A DNA stretch of 62,122 bases, counting the filler. It is 15 parts of 15 records of this genome, joined end to end, with 100 filler letters (N's around TTAATTAATTAA, not from the genome) between each part and the next. Parts side by side here need not be neighbours in the genome. Positions count along the whole stretch, not along the records: positions 29,457 to 36,152 come from SRR7504441_70976; positions 36,253 to 40,564 come from SRR7504441_70983; positions 40,665 to 45,225 come from SRR7504441_70997; positions 45,326 to 49,303 come from SRR7504441_71057; 11 more parts are not named here. The stretch is one strand, 5' to 3'. A model generated the notes under the pieces. The model did not search any database, was not told where the DNA came from, and saw nothing but the letters and a program-made list of their open reading frames with translations. Of this stretch, positions 34,301-45,859 are shown piece after piece. Each line of letters opens with the position of its first letter. The stretch's first letter is position 1. The position numbers were made by a program, and so were the translations under genes.

Positions 34301-36152
34301 ATGCAGTCGCTGCGCCAAGGGGTGCTGCTGCTGATCGTGGCCGGGCTGCTGCGCAATTCTGCGGCCGGCGATTGCCAAGACCGATGCGTGGCCGCTGGGC
34401 ACTGCTGCGTCGGCCTGGTCTCGGCCTGTCAGCGCCCGAGCTGCGCGATGGGCTGCCGGGCCGGGCAGGTGCTCCCTTCCGAAGCCCGTTGCAACCAGAC
34501 CTGCCAGGAGGCCGGGGGACCGCCCCCGCCGGCCAGCCCGGTCTGGTGGTACCGCCCGCACTGGATGGCCAGCCAGCGCGCCACTCGGTGCACATACACC
34601 GTACCCGGCTTCAACGTCAGCTTCAACATGTGCGAGACATGCCCCGCGGAGCCCGCCCCCCGCTGGTGGCCTGCAGCCGCCCGGCCGGCCGCGGGCCAGG
34701 ACCCGGGTTGGTGGCCGCCGGGGTACAGCCTCCATCACTGCGACAGCTGCGGGATGGTGGACGGAGATCCCAACGGCGAGTGCAAGCTCGGATGCATGCT
34801 CGCATTCAGGCCGGGATTCAAACCGCCCCAGCCGCCAGCCCCACCCAAGCCGCCGCCACCGCTGGGCGACCCGCCGCTATGCGGGGTGTTCCCTTCGCAG
34901 CATGCCCAGACGCCCCAGCTCTCGGGGTGCCGGATCGGCAACAGGCTCAACTTTTCGTCCGTGTTCTCAGACTGGGCCGTGCTCCAGATGGCCCCAGCCA
35001 GGGCGGCGGTCTACGGCTACACTGGCTCCAACGAGACGGCAGCCGTCACCGTGACGGTTTCATCCAGCCTCCTGGGCGACTACAGCTACAATGCAACGGT
35101 CACGGCGAATAATGGGAAGTGGAAGGCATTTCTCGAGCCCAGGGCAGCTGGCGGCGACTACACCGTGACTGCTCGATGCTCCTACGGCTGCGAGGGCCAG
35201 GCGCGCCTGCAGCATGTCACATTTGGCAACGTGTGGTACTGCGCAGGCCAGTCAAATATGGCTCTGCCTGTGCAATATACATACGCTCGAAATGACACAA
35301 TTAGTGCGATCAAAGCCCTTGCGTTCAAGAATGACGTGCGCATCACGGGACTGGCTGGCAACATGAACATGGACCAGACCTGGCTTCCTCTGACAGAGGC
35401 TGTTGGCGGCACAACAAACAAGACTATCCCGAGCTTTGGCGAGGTGCCGCTGGACAAATTCTCGAGCACGTGCCTTTACTTTGGCACAGCGCTGTATGGG
35501 CTTACAGATAAGACGCCCATAGGGTTGATTCATACGGCGTGGGGCGGCTCCACGATAGAGGAGTGGCTGCCAAGCGACGAGATCGCCAAGTGCCAGGCCG
35601 CCCAAACCACCGACTTGACCCATCCAGTATCATCGCTGTTTGATTCTGCTGTCAAGCCGTACATCGACATGACCACCAAAGGATGGGTCTTCTACCAAGG
35701 CGAGAACAACTGCGGCGGGCTTCATGGCAACTCTGGCACGCCTGACCAGCCTAGCTCCGGCTACGCCTGCATGATGCCTCGACTGGTGAGTCTGTGGCGC
35801 CGGCTTTGGTCTCAGTCAGCGAACACCACCGAGCCACAAGCGGCGTTCGGAATCGTGTCACTATCGGCGCACGACTCTGAAGGAAACCACGATATGGCAT
35901 CGGTGCCCTAGTGCAGTTGAGGCTGGGCTGAGCGGGGAGTGCAGTTTCGTTGGGCTCAGCAGGGATCTTACGGGACTCTGCCAAACACACTCATGCCCAA
36001 CACTTTTATGGTACCAGAGCTATTAGCAGCGCGTGGCCTAGGCTTGATGGTGTGGTGCAGGCACACGGCTTCGATATGCAGGACCCATGGAATAGCAACA
36101 ACGGCCCGTGTGCGGCCAGCACAGCGCTGCCTGAGATGGTGTGCACAACGCC
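34301..36152 (+). CDS. Secreted sialate O-acetylesterase (SASA/SGNH) with Cys-rich N-terminal module; 3'-truncated
   Basis: Signal peptide, FSDWAVLQ, GNVWYCAGQSNM, PIGLIHTAWGGSTIEEW and FYQGENN. Two introns near the end. Confidence 0.85.
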
Positions 36153-36252
36153 NNNNNNNNNNNNNNNNNNNNNNNNNNNNNNNNNNNNNNNNNNNNTTAA
36201 TTAATTAANNNNNNNNNNNNNNNNNNNNNNNNNNNNNNNNNNNNNNNNNNNN

Positions 36253-37921
36253 CCAGAGTTGTGAAGCATGCGGCAATTCATTCACACTCGCGCAAGTGCG
36301 GTGTGAGACGGAAGAGGGACGACTACGAGTTCATATGCACATGTCAGCCCGTAAGAGTGCCGAGTATGGTGTGCAGTGTGAGGTTGGCGATTGGATCTGT
36401 GTCCGCCCATTGACTCTCGAAGCCGGCATTCACGGACGGGCAGCTCATGGTGAAGTGGTGTCTATCCGAATCGAAGAGGGTGATGATTGTTGTGCTGAAT
36501 GCGGTGTGGTTGTATGTGATGCGCAAGGGGTGGTCTCGTCCATACTGTGCGAGCTTCACTCGCCAGTCGCCACAAACAGTCACTTGGACGTAGAGATTTT
36601 CCCTCTAGCCCCGCATCACCGTGCAATGCGGCGGGCTTTGACAACCATCGATACGAGCCAGGACCAGCTACTGTCTCCATCCTCGGTACAGTTGATGCAA
36701 GCGCTGTGTACCGCAACCAGTTCAGCTCCTGTCTCAGCCAACCCGCTCCTGCAGGCTGCTCTGACATCACTGCCACCACAACTCGAGTCCGCAGCCTTGC
36801 ATTGCATTTGGAATTCACTCAGCTTCGTAGTCGGTCCGACTGGATCCGGCAAGACAGAGCTTGCGGTGCAGCTGGCAATTCAGTTTGCAATGGAGACACA
36901 GCAGGATGGCCAACATAGTGTAGTGCTGTGCTGTGCCGATACTACACAAGGAGCGGACGAGCTGGCGGCACGACTGGCAAAGAGCACCACACTGCGGACC
37001 GTGAGGATGGGGCCACACATTGCAGCAGAGGTTAGTGACCCAAGGCGCTGGCTTCAGAAAAACGCACAGCTTCGGGGCGTTATTCAGGACCCAGTATCAA
37101 TGGATGTCTTGATTCGGAGTTCATGCGCTTATGCGCAGCAGATTCTCGAAATCGAAGCTTTTGTGGCAGCCAAGGATGGCTCAATTGAGGTTGGGGGAGC
37201 CCAAAAGACATTTCAACAATGGCTCGAAAACATGAGGGGCTCAATTGAAGTCGGAGGTGCAAAGATATTCAAGCAATGGCGTGAAAACATGAGGCTTGAA
37301 AATGGCTTGAAAATATTTCGACAGTGGCTTGACAATATGAGGAATCTGCCCAGCACAGAGGAAATAGAGCCGGACGAAAACAGCGAAGCTGACTTGCTCC
37401 GACAACATGGCTGTGAATCGGATGCGGCAGTTGTGCAGAAAAGTTTGCAATGTGCCAAGACGCTGCAGGAAGGCGGGCTACCGGATATCGATGTCGCCAT
37501 GTTTTATCAACAAATGGTGGCAGAGGCTGAAAGTCAGATTCTGCAGGCTGCTGATATCGTTTGTTGCACTGTTGAGGAGGCCCGGTGGACTCAGCTGGTT
37601 ACCCATACGGTAGTCACGCACTGTATATTTGATGAGCTGGGCGCTCAGAACTTGCCAGAGCCGGCCTATTTAGTGCCACTGCACAACGCGTGCCACGTGG
37701 TGATGCTGAGCGATCTTCTCAAATCTCAAGCAAGTGCTAGTCACGGATCTGCTGAAAGCACAAGTTCTCCCAAGAATCTCTTTTTCGATCGACACTGGGA
37801 TGAAATTCATTGGCTGGAAGGGCGGGTCGACACGGTCGACAGTTCCCAGCCGCGCCAAGAGGGCTGTTCCGACCAGGTAGCTATAGGAGATCTGGATCTA
37901 GATGCACCTTGCCAGGACTAG
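36253..37921 (+). CDS. UPF1/DNA2-like SF1 helicase fragment (first RecA domain only, apparently degenerate)
   Basis: Walker A VGPTGSGKT, ADIVCCT and Walker B CIFDE..PEP..LVPL. Motif III and the second RecA domain are not recognisable. 3' end uncertain. Confidence 0.68.
37178..37342 (+). repeat. Three imperfect in-frame tandem repeats (K.F.QW..NMR)
   Basis: GSIEVGGAQKTFQQWLENMR / GSIEVGGAKIFKQWRENMR / LENGLKIFRQWLDNMR, also visible at DNA level (aacatgagg / aatatgagg). Confidence 0.85.
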
Positions 37922-38110
37922 AAACTATTTTTCATAAATATGGGCAGCGCAGCTACTTGCCAGGACTAGTCGCATGCATTGCAACATGGCTGGAGGTAGG
38001 CTAGAGGTCGCAATAGTTATATACATATACAATCATACATGTACATGTACGTACAGTATCGAGAGAGCTTGCTCTCTATTAGGTTCGCTACATTCAATCA
38101 TTTAATACGG

Positions 38111-39217
38111 CTATAACGCATGCACCGCCGTGACCACCACCGCGAAGACCACCACCGCCACCACCACTGCCCACCCTGGCGGCCAGGAGGACAGCCGCCG
38201 CCGCCAAGGCCGCACAAGGGCACTTCCCGCCGAAGCCACCCGGACACAAGCGTCCAACACCGCACCGTCCATTCCGCCTCCGTACTTGGTTCCCCTGCCA
38301 GCCGCGTACTGCCCGATGGCTGGCTCCCAGCCCAGCATCCGGACCAGCTCCTCCCGGTACTCGTGTACGCCCAGCGGAGGGTCTGCAAGGCCGGCGAGCT
38401 CCTCCAGCTCTGCCTGCGTGCCAGTCCACTCCTCCCTGAGAACACCCCTCCGGAGGTACATCATCAGGCACGCAGGGCTGCCATACAGTAGGGAGGACAC
38501 TCGCGCGAGCGTCCACCGCGGGTGGGGGCGGGCGGCCAGTCGGATCGTGTCGCCCTCCATCACAGTCCCGCCACCGGCCAGCACCCGGAGGAAGAAGCCG
38601 GCGTGGCCTGTCTGTACACAGTGGCTCCGGACGCCATGCCGTGTGTACGTCTGCCCCCACCGCATGTCGACCTTGCTGCACGGGCAGCGCGGCATCGACA
38701 CTTGGACAGTCAGCACCGGCGCCTGCCCGCTGCCGCGGAAAACGGCAAACTCGTCCCCGACGCAGATGTTCCCGGCGTGGAACCGGGCGCCGCCGTCGAG
38801 GTGCAGGTTCTCACCCCAGCTGCCGGGCGGCATCGCATCCAGAGGCCGCTTCAACTCCCGGCCCGCCGCAGCCTCCGACTCGGCGTGCTGCACAACCCGC
38901 CGGTAGTGCTCAGCCGTCTGCACTGACAGCGCCCGTTCCCCGGCGCCCTGGGCGGGCAGGTTTTCGAAGCCCTGGGCGGCGGTGCTGTACACGGACCGTG
39001 CGGCGCGGTGCCACTCCACGCTGTCGGCGATGCCGAGGCTGGACACGGCAACCGGGCCCTCGGCCGACTCCACGCGCCTCCGGCTGAACGTGGTGTGGCC
39101 CCTGGCTGTGGCGGTGGCGTAGCAGGCGGGCTTGGGCAGATGGTCGCCCAGGTCCGTGCGCCGCCGGAACACGGCGGCGACCGTGGCCTCGAGCACAGGC
39201 GGACCAGGTGGCGACAT
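38111..39217 (-). CDS. YiiM-type MOSC domain protein with C-terminal TM helix, apparently intronless
   Basis: PGSWGENL, ICVGD, VSMPRCPCSKV, GFFLRVL..G.V..GD and RPHPRWTL. Hydrophobic tail WAVVVAVVVFAVVVTAV. Confidence 0.85.
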   Translation of the reverse strand: MSPPGPPVLEATVAAVFRRRTDLGDHLPKPACYATATARGHTTFSRRRVESAEGPVAVSSLGIADSVEWHRAARSVYSTAAQGFENLPAQGAGERALSVQTAEHYRRVVQHAESEAAAGRELKRPLDAMPPGSWGENLHLDGGARFHAGNICVGDEFAVFRGSGQAPVLTVQVSMPRCPCSKVDMRWGQTYTRHGVRSHCVQTGHAGFFLRVLAGGGTVMEGDTIRLAARPHPRWTLARVSSLLYGSPACLMMYLRRGVLREEWTGTQAELEELAGLADPPLGVHEYREELVRMLGWEPAIGQYAAGRGTKYGGGMDGAVLDACVRVASAGSALVRPWRRRLSSWPPGWAVVVAVVVFAVVVTAVHAL

Positions 39218-39331
39218 TGTCTAGGACGCACGGCGGCAAGGCAGGCACGCTGCGTCGGCCGGCGTTTTTTCCGGTCGATCGATTCGCCGGGAGCTTATCT
39301 CTTCACGTTGCCAACCGGCTGGACCACCAGG

Positions 39332-40462
39332 ATGCCGGAGAAGGCAAAGAAGGCGACACAGACCGATATCACTGACCGGGTGGGGCTGGCGGCTCAGCTG
39401 GCGGTGTCCGGGGTCCTCGCCGGGAGCTGGGCGCTCGGTCCCGGCTCGATCCCGGCCCGGATGACCAGCCTGGCCTATGGGGAGGGCAACCAGTATGGAT
39501 CCGGCCCGGAGGATCTGCTGCTGGTGGCAACGCTGGTGCTGAGCTTCCTCGGGCTTCGACCCCTGCTGGCCCAACTGATCTTCAGACCGATGGCCGACCG
39601 GTGCGCCGCCGACCCGAGAAAATTCGAGCTGCAAGGTGCCAGCAATCGTCCAGCCGGCTCCGACCGACCGGCGGGGCAGGCTGGCAGTTTGTCTACTACG
39701 TCTGCGCCTGGGTGTGGGGCTGGCTGGAATACTGCAACGCCGAGTATTTTCTGGACAACAAGCCGCTGTGGGAGGGGTACACCTACCCTGGCACGTTCAG
39801 TGCGAGCTTCAAGATGTATTACCTGGTCCAGACCGCCTTCTGGGTTCAAATGGTGTTTGTGACCCTGGTTGAGCCGTGGGAGAAGGACTTCATCCCGATG
39901 ATGGCGCATCACTTCATCACGATCGGTGCGCATCCGGCAGCGGACGCGGCTGAACTCCGGTGCGCAGGGATGCTCCTGTGCAGCTACTACATGGGGCTGG
40001 CCAAGATCGGGCACGTGATCCTGGTCGAGCAAGACTTCGCCGACATCTTGCTCCCTCTGGCCAAGATGTTCCGGTATGCCAAGTGGACCGCGCTCTGCGA
40101 CCTCACGTTTGCGCTGTTTGCCTTGGCTTGGATCCCGACCAGGCATGGCGTGTTCTTCTGGATCTACGCGTCGATCTGGAACGACTCAATCTCCACCTTC
40201 AAGAGGGAGGGCACGTACGGCACCGGGTTCGCCACAGACTCGGCGATCAACGGCTTTTTGCTGGCGCTCGGAGTGTTCCAATGCCTGTTGCTCTTCTGGC
40301 TGAAGGCACTCCTGGGGGCTGTCTGGGGGGTCAGTTGATCCGCATTATGTGTGCGGAGTGCGTCTGAGGTGTGTGGGATAGGTGATTGCGGGTGGCAAAA
40401 CCGCCAACGACGTGGATATCACTACCGACGTGGATCTTGGCCAAGACAAGAAGCACGATTAG
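39332..40462 (+). CDS. LAG1: Ceramide synthase (LAG1/TLC domain), 3 introns
   Basis: KFELQG|WQFVYY, KMYYLVQTAFW, Lag1p motif KDFIPMMAHHFITI..QDFADILLPLAK, and a C-terminal KKHD (KKxx). Confidence 0.9.
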
Positions 40463-40936
40463 ATCTATTGCGATCACGCGTGATCGAAGAGACTCAATTC
40501 ACTACGAGTATCAATTCAATTTATTAGATACAAGTAGTTTAATTTAGGCAATACTCTTGTGTTANNNNNNNNNNNNNNNNNNNNNNNNNNNNNNNNNNNN
40601 NNNNNNNNTTAATTAATTAANNNNNNNNNNNNNNNNNNNNNNNNNNNNNNNNNNNNNNNNNNNNGGGCCAATGAGTCCAAGAGTAAATCCTTTATTACGC
40701 TTGTAGAATATCAGATTGTGCTTGAATTGGCAATTGTACGAGTACATGGTCTTTTACTAGTGTTATAATTATATCACCCCAAAGCTGTTGGAAGCGCGAA
40801 AATTCACCCCTAATATCACCCTTGCTTTTATTGCTCCTATCGTGCATTTTAAAGGTAAAAATACATGTACTGCGGCTAGCGCTTGGACGGCTCGAAATGC
40901 TCCGCTTGGTCGTTGGCAGGTCCTGTCACTGCAAGT

Positions 40937-43250
40937 ATGGACCATAGGATGCATCGGCTACTTGGGCTGCTCAAGTGGCTGGTGGTACTGGCCTGGCCCG
41001 GCCCAAGCAGTGGCCAGACCGAGACCAGCTGCTCGACGTGGGACTTCGAGCCCGTGCCGTCGGCCATGGTGCACCGAGTCGGCACCGCCAGCTGCAGTGC
41101 TGCAGGCCAAACCGGAAGTTTCATGTTCGGAGGCATATCCGCCGCGGACGACGGGAGCAGGGTGCTGAATGACTTCTGGCAGCGCGAGCTGGGCGGCGGC
41201 TGGGTCCCAGTAACGTTCCGCGGAGACCCGCCCCCGGCCCGGCATGGGCACACTCTCACTCGAACACGAGAGGACGCGCTGGTGTTGATCGGAGGCATCA
41301 ACGACCGGGGCCAGGTGCTGGACGACTGCTGGGTGTACTCAGAGCCGAGCGCGACCTGGACTCGCCTGGAGATGAAAGGGGACCACCCGCACAGACTCAC
41401 GGGACACGCAGCCGTCTCCGCCCCATCGTCGATGGGGGCCGAGTTCGATGTGGTCGTGTTCGGTGGCAACACCGACGGCCAGGAGACAGATCAGCTCTGG
41501 CTTCTCACCCTGAATGGCACTAGCTCTATTAGCTGGGAGAACCGTGCGCCGCCCAAGACAGGCGATTGGCCAACCGCTAGGCAGCAGCACTCTGCGACGG
41601 TGTGTCGACTAGGAGAAACAGTGTCGATAACTATTCGGGGGACAGCTGGTCGAGCTGGAGGGGCTGAATTTGCCGGCGATCCTGCTATTCGGCGGCTGCA
41701 GCCAGGCCGGCTGCGACCAGGATCCTTGTACCGGGGTGCCGCCCCTCAATGACCTGTGGAAGCTGGACCTGAGCAGCTGGAAATGGTCCGAGTATCGGCG
41801 TACCGACACCTGGCCGTCCCCACGGTGCAGGCCCGGGGCCAGTTCTGCGGCTAGCTGGTGGGCTAGGTTTGGGCATTCTTCACTAGCGCTCGACTCAGGC
41901 GAGCTAGTGCTTGCTGCTGGGGCTTCGTGCGCCACTGCAAACGACTCTTTGCCCGTACAGGCAGTGAACAGCCCGGCGACTGAGGTGCGCCAGTGCACAT
42001 CCACGCCGGTGAGTCGCGTGGCCAGGTGTGGGTGTTGGGTCCTGATGCACTCGATCGAGCGGCCACGTGGACGTTATCTGTCAACATGAAGTGCGACCTG
42101 CAGGCTGCCGCCGGCGCTGATCAGCTGGCAGGTGCATGGGCCCCGTGGCGACGCACCTGACCCACCCGTTGCTGTCGGCCGTACCGGAGACTCCAGGATC
42201 GGCTGTGTTGTTTGGCGCTGACCAGGTGTAGAGTCTGGCGTATTGGCTCTCTGAGTTCATTGCTGTAGGTCTATTGGGAACAAGAGGGGCATGCGTCACC
42301 GGTGGCGTGGCAAATGGCGCTGGTAGGCCAGCAGTGCAAGGCTCAGTGCAGCGATCGGGGCATTTGCGTGCCTACAGACGATCACGATCTGATGAAGGTG
42401 CTGGCTGCTGGTTGGGATCGCCAACTTGGCGGCTGCAGTGCCAGTGCTACCCGTTCTCGGACACCGACGGCACAGGCTGCGGCGGCAATGACTATAACTT
42501 TCAGTGGTGCGGCGGTCATCTAGCCTGCTCTGATAGGCCGCTGCAGGTACCTACTTTATTCGGCCTTTGGAGTGACGGTGCTCTTGCTGTGCTTCTTCCT
42601 CCGTCGGGTGCCCTGCCGGTCCGGAACGGGCCCAGACTTGGCACGCCAGGTGTACGCGTGCATGGCCCGTCGGAACCGCCGGATGCGGTGGGCTGAGAAC
42701 GGACTGTTGGATGCTCAAGCGCTCGGTGTTATGCATGGCTGCGAGTTGGCTTAGCCTGAGGGCAGATGAGGACGAGGTGTGGAGTCCAGAGGATCTTGAA
42801 GAGTTCATCGGGAAAGAGCCGAGCGCTAGGGTGGGTGGGCTGCGCGGGACTGGGCTTGACAGCATGCTCAGGCCAGCAAACTGAGTGATTGCGACATCTG
42901 CATGGACGCGCCAGCCGACCTGCAGCTGATGCCATGCGACCACCTGATGTGCTCCGAATGTGTGTTACGAGTACTAGCTGTCAGGCAGGAGTGCCCGTTT
43001 TGCCGGGGCGAGGTGAGCGCGCACAGGCGCCGGCGGGGTTTAGTGCTTGCAGGTGACTAAAGCGCGGAGGCTGGTGGTCGGACCGTGTGCTGGCGATCCT
43101 GAGGAGGAAATCAAGATCGAGGGGATGGAATCGGACGCAGAGACCAACGAGACTACCCCTTGTGTCCACCGCACGGAGGCAGTCGGCAATCACGATCCAG
43201 ATGCCAAGGATTTGGCACCCGTGGAAGGGGAAAAGTCAGCGTGGGTGTAA
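40937..43250 (+). CDS. Receptor-like E3 ligase: signal peptide, kelch propeller, EGF-like, TM, C3HC4 RING; 11 introns
   Basis: Kelch blades (FMFGG..LNDFW, PPARHGH, LLFGG..LNDLW), CSDRGIC..CQC, TM WYLLYSAFGVTVLLLCFFL, and CDIC..PCDHLMCSEC..CPFCR. Continuous frame after removing 40-46 nt GT-AG introns. Confidence 0.82.
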
Positions 43251-43564
43251 ACATATGTGGAGTATTCAAAGGGCGTACTCGACCAAGCATGTCTTGAGCA
43301 TCACGCATACTGTAATGATGTAGCTCAGTTTAATAGTGATTAATAAATTATCGTATGTTTATTGAAGCCTATTTGAAGCGGCAGAGTCTTAAGGTCACCA
43401 GCCGCATCGATTGCTGCCTCTACTACTATGTAGATCTAAAATTTCTAAATGCAACGACAAACGATGCAAGTGTAAGTGCTGCTTAGTGCACCACCTGATT
43501 GAAGAAGCATCTTGCCGTTGACTAGCAGTGACGATCGAGCACCGACTGACTGATCAGTCCGCAT

Positions 43565-44970
43565 TCACCAGTCAAGACTCTTCTTACTGAGCTCATCCGA
43601 GCTTTCAGAGTAGAATTGGCCGTACCATCGTATGAAGGCTGGGAAAGGGCCGTCACCACTCACCCAGGTCGGTTTTGTCCTATACATTTTGTTCTCCCAG
43701 ACACTCCGGTCCTGCTCGAGGGCTCCCCACGCAATCATGGAGAAGAAGCAGGCCAGCGGTCGAGGCACAGTCCATTCGGCGTACAGCCGAGACTCGACGA
43801 ATTGTTTGAAAGGCTCCACAGGCAGGAGCGTTTTCACCTGCCGCAGCTTGCCAAACGGCGTCTTGATGGTGAAGTGCACGATAGTCGGGCCCTCAAACGT
43901 GATCCGTGCCTCCACTTTGGCGGCAGCCCAGGCGGAGAGCGGTACGGGCAGCCAGCGCTGCCCAAACAGGAAGAGCTGCCTGGTTCGCTCCACAACTGTA
44001 GAGAGCTCTGGCTTCTGCACAATCTCTCCGTCCACCTCTCCGGAGCCCTGCCCCCCGGTGAGCGACTGCCCCCCAGCCGACTCACATAGTCCTGCGTGAT
44101 CGAGTGGTACGCGGTGATCATCTGGTCTAGGAGCGGTAGCGGCAGCGGCGCATGCATCGTGTTAAAGTGGTGAGGGTCGGCGGAATTCATGTGCATCTCG
44201 CACGAGTGCATGTCGAACTCAAGCGTGCGCACAGTGGCTAGGTACATCTGGCCGGCGTCCAGGTCCTTCTCCACGTCCCGATGGCACTCCAGCTCCCACT
44301 GCGGCGGAAGCCCTTCCGCGTGGAACCAGACGAAGACCCGATCAAGCACCTCTCGCACTTCGTACGCCTTGGTGTGCGACCGGTCCGGGACGCATTTCCC
44401 CGCCGCATAAGGGATGGTCACGCACTTGCCCGCGGCGTCAAAGCTCCAGCCGTGGAACGGGCAGCGCAGGCTGTCTCCCACTACTTTCCCCCCCGTGCCA
44501 AGATGGGCCCCCATGTGCGGGCAAAAGGCATCCAAGACGCCCACCGCGCCCGTCTCCCCCCGAAACGCCACCATGTGAGTGCCGAGCGCGCTGATGGATT
44601 TCACCCGTCCGCCTTCAAGGTCGGTCGTGTTGCACACCGCGTGCCAGCCGTTCGGGAAGCCGGGTGGGAAGGCCGCCGCCCGCAGGGCCTTGTACCGGGC
44701 AGAGGTGTTGTCGTGGTAGTCTTTGGTCCGCCGGCGAGTTGGCACCATCGCGAGCTGGTACGCCGCAACCATCACCAGGAGGAGCCCGCCAACCAGGCTC
44801 GGGCTGGCCTGCTCGGTCTGCAGCGCCTCCCACAGCCAGGGGCCGACCTCTGGCACGCGGGCACCGACCTCGCGGCACGTGAGCACACAGCCTGTTACCA
44901 GCAGCGCCAGCCAGCCAGCCCGCGGGACTGATGGCAAGCCCGACGCCGCACGGTATGGCGCTCGCGACAT
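43565..44970 (-). CDS. nvd: Rieske sterol 7-desaturase (Neverland/DAF-36 family), one 38-nt intron
   Basis: N-terminal TM segments, PNGW, CPHMG...CPFHGW Rieske ligands, NSADPHHFNTMH iron motif, EQD..VWENK, GDGP..WY.QFYSE and terminal LDW. Confidence 0.88.
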
Positions 44971-45066
44971 CGTGCGAACTGAATCTTGTGGCGCTTGCAG
45001 AGCGGCGGTCAGTTATTTATTCTGGGAACAATTATGGCGCCGAGGCAGAGGGCCGAGTGATCGTCG

Positions 45067-45225
45067 ATGGGCTACTTCCCGGAGTACCAGATCCCGGGGT
45101 ACACGGGTGGGGCTGCCGGGCCGCCCCCGGGGCCGAGAGCGCGGCCCAGGCTACGTGCCCAAAGTGGACCGCAAGCCGGAGCTGAGCGGGGCGTTCAAGA
45201 CGGCGTGCATCAAGATCCAGCACGA
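45067..45225 (+). CDS. IPGYxGYVP-motif protein (FAM166/CIMIP2-like ciliary microtubule inner protein), truncated
   Basis: After a 43-nt intron the frame reads MGYFPEYQIPGYTG|YVPK. Confidence 0.5.
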
Positions 45226-45325
45226 NNNNNNNNNNNNNNNNNNNNNNNNNNNNNNNNNNNNNNNNNNNNTTAATTAATTAANNNNNNNNNNNNNNNNNNN
45301 NNNNNNNNNNNNNNNNNNNNNNNNN

Positions 45326-45349
45326 TTCAGACGTGTGCTCTTCCGATCT
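45326..45349 (+). other. Illumina TruSeq adapter remnant
   Basis: TTCAGACGTGTGCTCTTCCGATCT at the contig start. Confidence 0.97.
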
Positions 45350-45859
45350 CTCCCCGCACAGCCGCGCAGGCAGCCCACCGGGCACCTCAGGTGGCACTTG
45401 AATCTGCCGGTCGAGGCCGCCAGCGCCGCGGTGGCGCTCGAGCTCGACCGTTGCCGGGGCGATCCGGAAATTCCACAGTTCCGGGACCAGCTCCTGGCCG
45501 ATAGCGAGCACCCCCGGTCGCTCAGCCGGCTGATCTTCACCCCCACGGCCCGCTGGCTGGACGTGATCGAGGCAACGGCTGGACCGGGGGAGGGCTGGGC
45601 GAGCGAGGGGCGGCAGGTGCGCTGCCGGGAGGTGGAGGAGGCCGGCCACTCAGAGGTGACGCTCAAGTCGTACTCGAGCGGGTTCGTGCCGCTGTGCGTC
45701 CCGCTGGCCCCGCTGCTCAATGTGTGCCTGTTCTTTATACCGTTTGGCGGGATCGGAGACAAACGCATCGACTTGCTGCGTGAGAAAGTCGAGGCAAGTA
45801 TCAAACCAGATGGTGGCTGGATAGAGGAGCATAGTGCGTGCTGCGTCTGCTGCTCGTAG
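45350..45859 (+). CDS. Hypothetical protein, 5'-truncated, Cys-rich C-terminus
   Basis: Open frame with a hydrophobic segment, ending SACCVCCS-TAG. Possible in-frame 45-nt GC-AG intron. Confidence 0.5.
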   Translation, partial: LPAQPRRQPTGHLRWHLNLPVEAASAAVALELDRCRGDPEIPQFRDQLLADSEHPRSLSRLIFTPTARWLDVIEATAGPGEGWASEGRQVRCREVEEAGHSEVTLKSYSSGFVPLCVPLAPLLNVCLFFIPFGGIGDKRIDLLREKVEASIKPDGGWIEEHSACCVCCS

